The notes below the pieces were generated by a model. The model was not told the origin of the DNA, made no database searches, and was given only the letters and a program-made list of their open reading frames with translations. A stretch of DNA of 53,745 bases, filler included, from Basidioascus undulatus (taxonomy: Eukaryota): NCBI GenBank assembly GCA_000826855.1. It is 3 parts of 3 records of this genome, joined end to end, with 100 filler letters (N's around TTAATTAATTAA, not from the genome) between each part and the next. Parts side by side here need not be neighbours in the genome. Positions count along the whole stretch, not along the records: positions 17,971 to 35,808 come from JTLS01000506.1; positions 35,909 to 53,745 come from JTLS01000507.1; 1 more part is not named here. The stretch is one strand, 5' to 3'. Positions 23,648 to 36,572 of this stretch are shown here, one piece after another. The first letter of the stretch is position 1; the number at the start of each line of letters is the position of its first letter. Made by a program: the position numbers and the translations under genes.

Positions 23648-24546
23648 AGATGGATGAGTGTTGGGGGCAAGCAAGAGAGAAGACGCTCTCCCGGATGCAA
23701 TTGGGCCCTGCTCGAGTTACGGGCGCAGTGTTTGCTTGTCGTCGTCTTCACAGCTTCGTATTGTCCTGAAAATTTGACCTCTGCACATAAAACATTTCAG
23801 TATTTGGAGAATTTGTGCTTCACAGAACTACTGAGAGCCCACGTAAATACTGTGTGCCGCAGAAAACGTCGCGCTGATGCTACACTGGGAGGAGTCTTTC
23901 TCCGATTGGCACGTCCCCCACTGCAGAATGTTGCCCACAACAGATAGGACAAGGTCAGCAGGTGCTATCAAGCAGGTAAAGGGTGCGACAGAAACTGCAA
24001 ACTAGAAAGTCAGCCTGTTGTTCCGACTCTTATGTCTCGCGGGCAGACCCCAGTACGGTCAAACCCGGTGCGACTCTCTGCTTGTTTATCTTTTCGTCGA
24101 CTGAAGCCGCCTTCGGCTTTACCGCAACGAAGGAAACTCAAGGAGTATCTGTTGAGCGGAACGCACATAGGCCAGTATATCACCAGGGCGCTGAATTTTG
24201 CTTTGCATAGGCCTGTCTGCAGTGCCCGACCAGCTTCTTGCGACGGTCTGCATTGACAGCTCGACCAATGTACACATTTTCATTATCACTTGAATCTCGG
24301 ATTCCATTCTGTTCTCTTGCTCGGGCGATCATCAGAGTTTTCCCATCACATTACACCCCTCATATATGGTGCAGCTGCAATCGGCGATTATGGAAGGTGG
24401 GCAGGGGCGCGAATTCACCGGCACCGAAAGGCTCTGATGTCGGCGGTGGGATCCGCTCTCGAAATTCCCGGCTTTCTCCACAATTCACGTCCTTCACTTT
24501 TCGACTTCACAGCGGCTTTCCCCGCGTATCCATACTTTCAGTTGCC

Positions 24547-25093
24547 ATGGTCAAGATCGAGGAAGTCCCCGAGAAGCAGTTCGGCCTCTCCCCCTCCGAC
24601 GACGAGTACACCGACGACGACGAGTCCGACGCCCTCTCCGTCTCCTCCGTGGCCGACTCTGAGGTCTCCGACACCGACCCCTCGGAGGAGACGCTGTACG
24701 AGCGCATCGTCGCGCTCAAGGACATCATTCCCCCCGACACCCGCCGCGAGATCAGCGAGACCGCGGCCCGCACGGCCGAGTGGGTCAGCGTCGGCGCGAA
24801 GGCCGTCGGGAACGCCGTCTGGATCGTCACCACCAGCGCCCTCCTCGTGGGCCTGCCCTTGGCGCTCGCGATTGAGGATGAGGCGCGGTTGACGGCGGAG
24901 GAGAAGGCTTTCCTGGCGCAGCAGGCGGGGGCTCAGCAGGTGCGTTACGTGGAGTTGGAGATGAAGTGATGGAACCAACGGAAGGCCCTTCTTCCTTACA
25001 CCTCTCTCCTTTCCTTCTTTCCAGATGCTCGCCCCTAGTCAAGCTCCTGGTCAACCCACGCCTCAGGGCCTTGTTCCCCCTGGATTCGCCTAA
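24547..25093 (+). CDS. TOM22: Mitochondrial import receptor Tom22 (2 exons, intron 24940-25024)
   Basis: MVKIEEV, acidic N-terminus, ETLYERIVALKDIIPP, WIVTTSALLVGLPLALAIEDE. Confidence 0.95.
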
Positions 25094-25273
25094 ACGCGCT
25101 CTTCCACCTGCCCCTCTACTCCACACACCTCACCGACCCCCGACGCCCAGCAACAAGACCCTCACTCCACCCTGCCGGCCCTTTGGCCTTGTACAAAATG
25201 CATTTTCGAATCCTGGATGAGGGAGAAACTTTGGGCAGATTTATGTACTGATTGGCTTTAGCCGGAATCCTCT

Positions 25274-25336
25274 TCGGCTCTTGCACCTCCCTAAACCACA
25301 TCTTTTCTCGGCTCTTGCACCTCCCTAAACCACATC
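25274..25336. repeat. Perfect 29-bp direct repeat, period 34
   Basis: TCGGCTCTTGCACCTCCCTAAACCACATC at 25274-25302 and 25308-25336. Confidence 0.9.
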
Positions 25337-26213
25337 GTCACCTCGAGCGGGACCGTTGCCTCCATCGCGGTTCTCGATTTTCGGCTTTCTCGTATAGCGA
25401 AAATTGCTCGATCGAGACGTCTCCGTCTAATCCTCCACGGAGGCTTCCATTGCCTATCTTCTGTCTTACCTGCGCCGGGCTCGACCGAGCGTGCTACCTC
25501 CCTTGGAACCCCATCGGTCCTTTCCATGATACTTATCCTCGGCCGCTCGTCGTCTACGACGGCCGCGGTAACCAGGACCCGTCAACCAACGACGTTGGCG
25601 TGCATCGGTGGCGGGGCTCGCGTGCGGACGGGCGCCTGCGCGAGGGCGACGGCTACGCAGGAGATGCGGATTGCGCTATGACTCGGGTTCGCGGTGAGGG
25701 CACAGCAAAGTGGAGCGGACGATGTGGGTAGCGCGGAGAACGGGTGCTGGGTGTAGCTGTCTGAGCTGAGTCAGTGGCGAAAGCGAGCATGAAGAAGCCT
25801 TCTGTTCGACTTTGGCGCACTCCCGTCGATCCTTCCTCTGAAAACATCCCGGGCAAGCCATCTAGTCACGCATTGCGGTACCAGCTCGTTAGCTAACGCG
25901 GCGATAGGCACTGATTCCCTGTGCAGGCCCATAAGAAGACTGGACGCAGTTGAACGCTTGCGGTGAAGAGAGTTGTGATGTGCGCGAGGTCATGCATAGT
26001 TCTCCATCTTGCTCGATGACAAACGGAATCGCAATGCACCTAGATATATCAGCTCGACGGTCTCGCCACGGTAGCCACTCTCGGAACGAGCGTCTCTTCA
26101 CGCCGACTTCTGAACTCGGCCTGACATTCGGCGCCACTGGCAACTGTCCATGCAGCAGCCTCACTTCGTGCGAAATAATTCAAGCGAACGCGCGATGCAT
26201 GTCAACCGCAAGG

Positions 26214-29191
26214 TCAAGGCACCACCTCGACCCTTGCAGCCCTGACGAGCTCCTCTTCCCTGTTCCGCACGAAGACGAGCCCGTCCAGCCTGCCCTCCGC
26301 CAGCGGGCTCGCCGTATCGCGGCGCAGCAAGTCTAGTAGCTTGCCGGCAGAGACAGCGCCCACCGCGTGTCCCTTGCCCTGCGCGAGCGCGTAGTTGCCC
26401 AGCAGAACGCGGCCGATCTCGGTCGAATCGGGGGGAAGCTTGGCACCGAGCTGGTGTGAAGCGAAATATTGGAGACGTCAGTATGCTGGAAAAGAACATG
26501 ACGGCGAGCCCGAAGCAAGGGGGAAAACAGACCTGCGCCAGTTCGTCGTCCGACATCTTGCTCTTGCCCTTGAGCGCCTTGGCCCACACCGCGCGCTGCT
26601 CCGTCGACGGCGCATAGATGAAGGCGAGGTCGTCCGGGTTGCCGCGGCCGAGGATATTGACGGAGACGCGCAGGACGGCGGAAGCGAGTGCGGGGGCAGC
26701 AGTCAAGGCGGGAAGGCCGCGCTTGGCGCGGAACGCGTTGAGGGTCTCTTCAAGCGGCTTGGCAGCGCCCACGACCTCGGACACCAGCCCTCCTTCAATC
26801 AGCCACGGCTCCCGCGCGGCCTCGGACCCGACGAGCTGCGCCCAGTCCGCCCTGAACGGCGTGCGCGTACCCAGCGCCTCCCAGTTCGCGCGCTTCGCGG
26901 GAGGCTTCTTCGCCCACTCTTCGATGCCCGCCTTCTCGCGCTCTGCCGCGGCGCGCTCGCCCGCGGGCGTGCACGGGTAGCCGAAGTCCGGAAAATGCGG
27001 TGCGCCCGCGGCGTAGTGCTGGAACGCGACTTGATCGAGCCCGGCGATGCGCGTGCCCGTGTGCGTGAGCGACGTCCAGAAGGGCATGGCCCAGCCGGAC
27101 GGGACGATAAGCGTCCAGCCGTGCAGGGCGCGGGAGGACGACGTCGGCGACGGGGAGGCGAGCGTGCGCTGAATGAGGAGGATGGGAACGCGGTCGTCGG
27201 AAGGGGTAGCGGTGAGGGGGGTGCCGGGGACGAGATTCTGTGTGGGGAGCAAGCGCTAAGTAAAGTACGCACGGACTAAGCGATGTCTCTGGCAGCTTAC
27301 CTTTTCACGACGCTTGTCCAAGTCTATCTTCTTGTACGTAGGCTTGGCGATCTTGACGCGAGTCTCCTCGTCCCACAGCGTGCTTTGTGCGAGCGTCGCG
27401 CTTGGGCTGAGATCGTGTGCGGACGTGTCCTCCGACTCGGACAGTTTGCTGTTGGTGGGCGGAAACCTGCTCGGCAAAGGGTATGGGTTCAGCTATGTCA
27501 TGCGGGGCGCAGTTGAAAGCGACAACGTGATCTTACGAAAGACGCGGGTCGTCCACCAAGAACGAGCAGACGACGCCGGTAGGGAGCGAGCCCGACGTGG
27601 CCGCCTTGGAGATCTTGTGCCAAGCCTGTTCGCAGAGTGATCAGTCGAAAACGTACTGAGATCGTGAAAACGTCCTCAGATCGTTATCTACATCACGACT
27701 CACCAGCCTCGCTGCCCGACCACCGGGCTGATCCTTCGCCAGCTTCAGCGCGCCCGTGATGACTTGGCTCGACCGAGGGCCCATCATCTCGAACACGTTG
27801 AAATGACCGCGCAGGTCTTGAACCTCCACGCCGTCCACGCTCGCTGCTGCTTCCCGCACGGCGGGCAGGACCTCTGGCCAGCCCGCGGGATGGACGCGGA
27901 GCCAGACTTGGCGGATCGGGTCGGATGAGGACGAGTCGGGGTCGGATGAGGGAGGAAGCGGGCGCCAAAGGAGCGAGACGGGCGCGAGAAGACCGAGCGG
28001 ATATGCGGACGGGCGGTGAAGGCTGAAAGGGAGGGTGCGGGCACCGGAGAGGTACCTGCGCAAGGTAGTTGTGTCAGCAAGCGACGAGCCATCGGTTGGA
28101 GCGGGCAGGTACGGACCGAGGTGAGGAAGGCGACTCGGACGATGGGTCCGCCAGCAACGCGAGTACACGCGATAGCGCGTTTTGCCGCCCACGGAGCTCG
28201 ATCGTCGCCATGTACGACGCGTCGTGGATGATGGAGCCCTGGGCGGCAGCTCTATAAGAAGGGCGATGAGACTTCTCGGTCGGGTGCTTGGCCTGCACGC
28301 CACACGCCGCTATCAGCTCGAGCTTAACCGCGCTCTGAAGGAAGCGACGAACCAGACGGTGGACCCAGATGTTGATCATCTTCATCCGCTTCGCGTGCCA
28401 GATGTGCGTTTCCAGCCACGTCTTGTCGACTGCATGTCACGCAGCTAAGCCAGGGTCACTGCTGATCCTCACTCTGATCAAAACCGCACCTTGCCGCGTC
28501 AACAAATCCGTTGTCCGCGCAGGCGCGTTCGCCTGCTTGGATCCGCCCTTCTTGCGTAGCTTCTTCTTCGAGTTGCGGATCTTGGTGTTGTCGGTCTTCA
28601 TCTGGACACAGCGTCTCTCTATATGAGAACTTTAAAGCCGTGCACCATGCAAAGACGAAGCGCACCTCGGCAATGGCCTTCTCTCGCAAGCGCAGCGGAA
28701 TGCGGTTCGGGTTGTGGGAGGCGGCGCGGCGGCGGAGGTGACGAGGAAGTGACTGAAACGCTCGCTGAGCTCCCGCCCCGCTGTCCACCACCTCCGTATC
28801 AGCCCCAATAGCTCATTCTCTCAATCACTACACCAAGTCAAAGTAGGCGCACCGAGCATTTTCAATCGCATTCTCCATCGCGGTGATCTCGAATGCCCGA
28901 GCCTGAACCACTCTGCCTCAGCTTCCGTCTCAGCCCGTGAGTTCGTGTACGCGTACATTGGCGAACTTCTCGACATCGATCGATCCCGGCAGGGTGACAT
29001 TTACTAGGAGGGAGCAGAGCAGTCAGCGCAGCGGAATTTCGGCAGGTGGACTCGCACGCACCCGACTTGCCCGCCGCCGCCGTCGCCGCCGTCGCAATAG
29101 TCCGCGCATCGCGCGTTTTGGCGCGCTTGCGATCTCGCCCCGATAACGGCTGAGGCGTCGTTCGTTTGGAGGAAGAAGGTGCAGAAGACAT
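26214..29191 (-). CDS. POP1: RNase P/MRP protein subunit Pop1, multi-exon
   Basis: QRAFQSLPRHLRRRAASHNPNRIP, WLETHIWHAKRMKM, PTEKSHRPSYRA, HDASY, GWTLIVPSGWAMPFWTSL, WAKKPPAKRANW, VFVRN. Confidence 0.93.
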
Positions 29192-30725
29192 TACGCTTTT
29201 GGTGGGAGGAGGGAGAAGCCTGGGCGAATGCAAGTTGCTTCCGGGCTCAGATCTCACTGTTTCGGTGGGTGGGAAATAAGCAATGCCGAAAGGAAGCCAG
29301 ACCCGTGATGCTGGTACTCCAAAATGTTGCCAATTAAGCAAGGTGGACTCTCGACATTTTAGGGTTTAGTCAGACTTTAAATGCGTAGGGAATTAGAGCA
29401 GAGCGAATTGATTCAACTATCGACTGGCCGGCACTGTTATGATATTGGGAATCTGCGACAGAGCTCAGTACTGCGAGGACATGCGAGGTCCGAGTCAGCT
29501 GCTCCAGCTGTGTTCCAGCCAGCTTAATACGATTATTGTAAAACTATCCAGGGTTTTTTTAATCAAAATTCCGTTGGTGGAAAGACATGCACGGGCTCAT
29601 AGGGCGGCGAAGAAACTCGCGAGGAATGTGAAGAGGACTTTGCAATCCCGGACATACATTCGCTGATGCCGCAGTCCGCAAGTTACTTAACATACAGGAA
29701 AGGCGTGACCGCTAGTAATGAGGCCTCTAATGTGCGTCCGGCGACAAACCAGCTGAGCAGGCACGCCCCATTCAGTCGTGCCTGGAGACGTTACGCGTAC
29801 GTTCCGACCTGCTAACCCTTCCTCTTGGACCTCCGCCACCATCACACACTCACACCTACAACACCTACAAACCCATTTGGAAACTATCCCTCATACCCAA
29901 TATTCTGGAGTTCGACTCCACCTGGATCAAAGAGGTGTTCAACATCGACCGCTTCTGCGAGCTCTTCCGCGACGTCGAATCGGACGCGACGTCGGACATC
30001 CTCGAGACGGTGGCCCGCGGTATCCAGTGGGAACTGTTCCTGCTTCTCAACTCCAGAGATGATACATTACCTATCGTGTTTGCTCCACCGCGCGGCGTAT
30101 CCGGCCTACAACGTAGTCGTGCTGCAATCGAGCCACCTCTCGAAGCTCACCTCGCACAAGCAACCTTGCGCCCTGCTCTCGTTCGACCTACGCGTCACGC
30201 CTGAGACGCTGTGGGACTACAGAGTGCATATCTTTGTCGGTCGCGGTACGTTTGCATCCGCCCACTCATACGAAGCGCCACACTGACTGTACCACACTGC
30301 GTCGCGCACGCAAGGTAAAATTTGCGAAAACAGAACTGGAGTGAGGGAAAGCAAGTCGATTCTTTGTACGTTGAGCTGACTCAACGTAAGGTACAGCTGT
30401 GACACCTTCGCAGGGTTCGGGGCACACGAGCTAAAGGACAGGAAGGTGGTCTTCGTTCCTCCTCAAAGCGAGGAGCAGGTGAAAGAAGTGCGCCTGTGCG
30501 ACTTGGATTGATGAGGGAGGCAGTTTGGAGGAGATAGTTACATGTCTTGGGAGCTGTGTAGATCAGCATGGTCCAGTCAAGTGTATTGTGCCGTAGCCTA
30601 AGGGGCAGCTCAAGATCTGGATTACCTGGCCGCTTGCGAGCACTCGGCGCAAATTCATCGCTATCTATATTTCTGCATCTTGGTACAGGACTTCCGAATG
30701 GCCGGAATTTCCGTTCCTTACTTCT

Positions 30726-31811
30726 TCACTTCACGATAAGGACGGGCATGCTGGCGTGGGCCAACACGTAGGACGACACGCTGCGAATGCGGATGGGTCA
30801 GCGTTGCAGTTTGAGTCCCTGAGAACTGTTACATACCTTCCCGGCCCGAGCCAGCGCTGCATGCGGGTGCGGGTCCGACGGCCTGTATCATTGCCCGGGT
30901 CAGAGCTCTCCTGCTGGTGAGAACGAGAACGGAACGACATACCGAGGACGACGAGGTTCACATCATGGTACTCGGCTGCCCGCGGCAAGACAAACTTCGC
31001 CTCGCCATGCAAGACATGCAAGGTGGTCGTAACCTTTGAGAAGTACGCCTGGGTAAGCAGTCCGGATTCACTGTCGACGCTTCCCGAGAATACACGTACC
31101 CCCCTATCTTCGACCTTCTTCGCCTCCTCCTTCAACTTCTTTAACGCGTTCTCGCGCCACTTGCGAAGAGAGGTGAGATCATCCTCAGGGTTGCTTGGCG
31201 GTACGTAGGCCTTTGTAGACCCGCACCAAAGTAGGCAGAAAAGATCAAAAATCCGGTAGAGAGATGAAAGACCGGCTTACCCAGGCTGTGGTCGCGTCGA
31301 ACATGATTGCGGGGAGTGCAGATACGAAAAAGACACTGCATTGACGCGAACGTGAGTGGGGCAACGATAACGAAGAGGATAACCGTCACATACTGGTCGT
31401 CCAGGAGAAGGAGCTTCTTCAGGTAGCTGGTGGCGGAATCCATTTCAGCGAGGGCAGCGACGGACAGGGCGAACCATGTGCAGAGCTCACTATTCCAGCG
31501 CAACGTTAGAAGAGTCATCCTGTAGAAAAACCTTCAATGCTGGAGTGCAGTCTTTTGTTTACATTGTCTTAAATTGGCACTGACCTCCCAATCGAAAGCA
31601 ATCATGACCCGGCGTCCATCCTTCTGCTTTGTAACGTCCGGGCCTGCAGGGCCCAAGACCTCCTGGAGTTCGCTCTCCGGAAGCGGCGTGTGCTTCGCCT
31701 CTGCCTCAGAAAGCAGGTCCTAAGTGGGCCCGTTGGAATCGTCAGAAACGTCTATGGAGCAACGCGGGACAGTGCCATAACCTTTGTGACGAGAGTTTCT
31801 GTGCTTGACAT
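30726..31811 (-). CDS. Universal stress protein (Usp domain), multi-exon
   Basis: Spliced product includes GRRVMIAFDWE|DDSSNVALEY|YLKKLLLLDDH|VFFVSALP...LHVLHGEAKFVLPRAAEYHDVNLVVLG|RRTRTRMQRWLGPG|SVSSYVLAHASMPVLIVK*. Confidence 0.85.
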
Positions 31812-32265
31812 GTTTGTGTGGGAAGATGGAGATTGGGAAGATGGGGATCCGGTGGGGAGATGATTAAGGCAACAAGATCTTTATAGTTTTGGGACAGTGC
31901 AGCGAGGTTCCGAGAACGGAACGTTCATTTCCGAGATGTCCGTGCGGATCAGCCGGATCAGCCATAACGGCTTCGGGAACATGAAGCGGGGTTGAACTTC
32001 CCATTCCTTCTCGTCCAAAGGCCCATTCAGATGCAGCCATCCTTTCAAAGTACACTATCAAGTATGATATTGATTAATGATGTGTTTACTATTTATTTGT
32101 ATGCGCTCATCGCCGAGAAGAATGTAAAATACGGCGGCGGCCGACTGACAGCACGCGTTGGCGTCCATCAGGGCCTCTCGGCCGTCCTGCACGACAAGCG
32201 GGCACCGTTCACGAGATACGTATCACAAAATGGTACAAATCGCTCCTCGCTCCTCCAGGATACGG

Positions 32266-33285
32266 TCACTTGACCACGAGGAGAGTGGCCGATGTAGTGG
32301 CCAAGACGTGTGATGAAACGCTGTGAAAGCGTCTAAATCAGCGACTGCGTGCACTGGCACCCGGCATGCAGGGACGCACCTCCCTGTACCCACTAAGCGC
32401 GATCAGGAGTGCTGGCCCCGTCCTATTAAGAGTGGAGATGGGTGTCAGTGGGCGGGACACCGAGCAGGTTTAACTTACCCGTCACTATCAGGTCAATGTC
32501 GTGATACTGAGCGAGCCGAGGAGAGCCCACGCAGGGTCCCCGTGCAGGACGTGCAAAGTGCTCTCAAGCTGTTCAGACTCATGGGTCAGAATAGTCAATG
32601 CTTTGGGAACTAATAGGATCGTGAGAAGCTCACCCCTCTCTCCTTAGCTATTTCAGTACTTCCTCGAGGCTCTCCTTGGCCCACGTCCGGAGGTCCCGGA
32701 GGTCCTTGAGAGCCTGGTCGGCGTCGCGCAGAGACCAGCTTCCTTCAAACAGCTTCCTTCAAAGGCTGAGACGTCGGGGACAACAGCTGGGACGACAGAA
32801 CCCAAAAAGAGATTGCCGACATGAGGCTGGTTTCGGGCGATTGATGTGAGGTCTGCGTGGTGGTCGTCAGGTAAAAAGAACCCGCTCAGGTAGCTGCGAT
32901 GTGAAAGCCAGTAGTATCTGTAAGCTGTTGGTGACAAAGGATAGAGCAAAGGAACTCTGCTTACTACTCGAGTGCAACTCTCGCTGGAGGGTCCTGATCC
33001 TCCTGATTCCGATTCCCAAACTTCGCAGGCAGATGGGCTATTGTTGATACCTACCTCATAGTCATAAGAAATCATCACTTTCCGACCATCTTTAATTTTT
33101 GCCACCTCTGCGCCGTGAGGGCCTTCGATGTGGTGGAGCTCGGTATGGTGAAGAGGTGTCAGCTTCGCCTGGCCTCCGGGAGGACGTCCTGCACGTCCAC
33201 CGTCCCAAACCCAATCAACAAACACTGCTGGGAGTGAAGGGCGTCAAGAAAATGAAACCAACTTCTTTCGGGATGCCAGGGTCAT
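32266..33285 (-). pseudogene. Tandem Usp paralog, pseudogenised
   Basis: Same exon layout as the neighbour (DGRKVMISYDYE|DPPARVALEY|YLSGFFLPDDH...LHVLHGD...QYHDIDLIVTG|...SVSSHVLATTSATLLVVK*). Lesions: 1-nt frameshift near 32520, in-frame TGA at 32403-32405, lost splice sites. 5' end approximate. Confidence 0.8.
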
Positions 33286-34079
33286 TGTAGAGCAAGATGA
33301 AGTCGTGGGTGTGTTTGTTGAGGTCAAGGAGTGACCGGTGGCGGCTTTATAAGTACTACAGTCAATGGTCCGGCCTAAAGCCGCGAGTGAGACGCCGCGC
33401 TGGAGCGAACTTCGGTGCACTTCTTGGCTAGCTGCGGCCATATTCACATCATATCAAGTAGTACATACAGCTTCGAGAACGTGTAGGGCGAGCGTGGAGC
33501 AGTTGTCTAGGCTTGTAGCGATGATGCCGCCGACTGGAAGAGCCAGGAAGCTGCATGAATGCGTGCTGGATGACGGTTCACTTCGTCCATGGTGGTGTCT
33601 GGCTTGGTCCGCCTGAGCTATAGACTTCCATAGACCATTAACAGTCGAGGAGGTTAAGGACGGGGTTTCCTTTGTAGATATCTCTCTCTCGAGCGTTATG
33701 CAAGAGCCAATTTCTCACAACGTAGCAGGAGCCGACAGTGTGCTTGCGCAGTCAAGACAGACCGGCACACTACTTCTTTGTCCCGCCTTCGAACTTCTGC
33801 GCATTTGTCGAGTTCAATATGGGTCACTTTAAATGTTTCGCTGTGCTGTCTTAGTGCCTGGATTCAGTCACGAAAACATAAAAGCCAGCAGGAAAGGTAC
33901 CTTGCACATCTGCCCGCGCCAAGGCTAAGGCACAACAAGATTGTTATCCGAGTGATTCAGATCTTTCGGCTCCTGGTAAGAACGGTGCAAGATGCTACAT
34001 AGCATTGACAGCACACGGCAAACAACTTCTGAACCAGCCTGATCACTGCATATGTCGTCTCAGCGTCCACTCTCAATAT

Positions 34080-35400
34080 ACTGCCTCGCGCACGCCCCAA
34101 TTCGATACAAAACGGCTTATGGCGCTTCCAGTCCCTGTAATCATCATCAACCAGATCAGCGCTCCCGGATCAGCGTTCTCGCCTGTACCCAGCTCCCAAT
34201 CTCGGGAAGGCACGTTCTCTGGTGCTCCGCACAGCAATACCGAATGCCCTTGCACCTGCTGTAGCGCTTCGCCGCCTGCGCCTCACATTCGGAAGGCCAC
34301 AGACACTGCTCCCGCGGACAAGCGTGAGGAGCTGGCCCCACGCCGCGGAGGCCGACTTGTCGGACTGCCTCGCGGAGGAACGCGCCCCAGTCGTCGTCGC
34401 GGCTCGTCGTGTTCGAGAGGATTAACAGCATGCCGAGGAGCTGCTCGCGCGCGTCTGTGCGCTGCGTGGCGATGCAGCGCCAGAGGTGGTCGAGCGTGTC
34501 TTTGAAGGGCGCGGCGTTGAGGAAGCGCTACACTGCGAAGTCCCGCGTGGACGCGTCCGCCTTCACTTCAGAGCTCAGCATGTAGTCAAGCGCGCGCGTG
34601 GGTCAGAGGACCTCCGGGGAGGAGGGAGACGCGGGAAGCCAGACGTGCGTGAGGAGCGGGATGGCGCACTCGGAGTTGGCGAAGCTTTGGGTGGGGGATG
34701 TCAGCGAACAGATTGCCGGGAGCGTAAGAACGTGCGTGACTTACACTTGAACCGCATCAAACACGTAAAGCCCCCTGGCATAGATCACGAAGACCGCAGT
34801 ACGAATGCCAGAGGCCCACTCGCTGTCGACCTGGAGGAACGCTTTGTTCTCCCAAAGCTTCGAAGGTACCTGTCAGCCTTTTTGGTATCGTGTTGCTCGT
34901 GGAAAACATATATGCTTGAGAAGTTATGGACAAGCCTCGAGAAAGGCTCGTCTCGTCTCTGCGGTGAGCGTCCAATCGCTTGGTTGGCCCTCGAGGAAGA
35001 CGCCGAGCGCCTGAAGCGCGAGCGACCACGGCGGTTGCTGTGGCTGCTCAAGGAACTATTTTAAGCGCGCATTTCACTCAAGCAACGAGACTCCATTGAA
35101 GACTTACTGCGTTGCTTTCCGATAGACCAGGCTGCCGTCGACGACCCGGTCGACGAGGCTCCTCGCAGTGAGGATACGCTCTACCAAAGCAGGAACGAAT
35201 CCAACGCCGTCCAGGACTGTCTGAAAATACGATGGACCAGTACTTCAAGAACTTCAAGAAGTACTTGGACAACGCACCGCGCCGGGCGGCGACTCGATAA
35301 CGGCCTCGAGCACATTGTAGAGGAAGTCGTCGTCGGCTGAGTCTGTGGGAATCTTGCGGAGTCGCTCGATGGTGGAGCTTGGGTATTGTCGAATGCGTGC
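34080..35400 (-). pseudogene. zf-MYND domain gene, probably disrupted
   Basis: CLWPSEC...KRYSRCKGIRYCCAEHQRT|DWKRHKPFC, where one expected Cys is Tyr. An upstream exon-like frame has stops at 35056-35058 and 34924-34926. Confidence 0.65.
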
Positions 35401-35617
35401 TGCTTTGAGCAAAATAAAGTGTGTGTTTATGAAGAGGCGAAGGTGAGTCGCAGCAAGTCGCAGCGGCAGCGTGCTTGCGCAGCAGTCGATTTCGCTATTG
35501 CCGAAACCCACCGGCTTGCCCGCCCGCCCCTCGGTTCGTCACTCACATCTCTCGCTGTGCCTCTCACTACCATCGCCCTTGCCGCCGCTACCCAAATCAG
35601 CAACCTCGCCATTGAGC

Positions 35618-36169
35618 ATGGGCTCCTCACAATCACGCCCAGCGCCCGCCGCTGCACGACCCGCGCCTGCGCCTCCCGCCGCCTCCGCGCGCGAGAAGGT
35701 ATACGACAAGGAGGCTGCGCTCTCCCCGCCCTTGACCCATACGCCCTCCTTCGACTCGCGCCCACCCTGGACCGGCCCCCTTACGTTCCGAGGCACCGTC
35801 CCCGCGACNNNNNNNNNNNNNNNNNNNNNNNNNNNNNNNNNNNNNNNNNNNNTTAATTAATTAANNNNNNNNNNNNNNNNNNNNNNNNNNNNNNNNNNNN
35901 NNNNNNNNGGGTTCACTATGAGCCCGGACATGGCGGAGCGCTGGGCGGGGGCGGTCGTGCAGGGCCGGCTGGACGCGCTGGCGGGTCGGTGGATCGGGGA
36001 GGAGGACGAGGAGGTGAAGAGGCTTGCGGAGGGCGAGGATGCGGGCGCAGGTTCGCATGAGGCGCCGGTGGCGGGGAACGTGCTGGTGAGGAGCCCCGAA
36101 GCCGACGAGAGGTGGAAGGAGCGCCGGGAGAGCTGCTTCGACGCGGTGTCGGTGAGGACCCTGGGTTGA
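35618..36169 (+). CDS. Hypothetical protein(s) interrupted by the assembly gap; N-terminus MGSSQS
   Basis: GC3-rich coding-like frames on both sides of the gap, ATG at 35618 after a CT-rich leader, TGA at 36167-36169. Confidence 0.5.
35809..35908. other. Assembly gap linker N44-TTAATTAATTAA-N44
   Basis: Same artificial linker as 17871-17970. Confidence 0.97.
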
Positions 36170-36572
36170 GGTGCAGGGCTTGGGGGGAGGGGGTGTTAGT
36201 GCTTTATTCTTCTTGGTCTCTTTTTCGCTGTAGCCCATCGCACAGCGAGTAGTCATTGTGTTGTGTTTCGCTGCTACCCTACATCCCGTTTTGCACTATC
36301 ACATTCATTCGTTGTCTCACATCGCTTGCATACAACTTCCCAACGGTTGTAAGAGTGATTGTTATTTTGAAGCTGGCAATGTACAGTTATGAAAGATCTC
36401 AAGCGTCCTCGAGCGTCCTTGAGCATCCCATCGGAGGTCGGCCCGCTGAGGCTGACTCGACGCTACAAGCACGCACGCGAGCTCACCATCTTGACCAGTG
36501 ACCACCACCATCTCCATAGAACGCCAGAATTTCTACTCCCTGTGCCAGATACCCATTAATCCTCCTCTCGCA

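Noticed and set aside
1708..25093. TIM22, SCO1, LYR gene and TOM22 as a mitochondrial gene cluster; POP1 near the permuted tRNA as functional linkage
   Set aside because: The genes are interspersed with unrelated ones and TIM22/SCO1 lie across an assembly gap from the rest. There is no evidence beyond chance proximity.
25274..25336. 29-bp direct repeat as a CRISPR-like array
   Set aside because: Only two copies with a 5-nt gap, in a eukaryotic context with no cas genes; a simple local duplication.
29358..29369. TTTAGGGTTTAG as a telomeric repeat or telomerase template
   Set aside because: Fewer than two units and no supporting structure; expected by chance.
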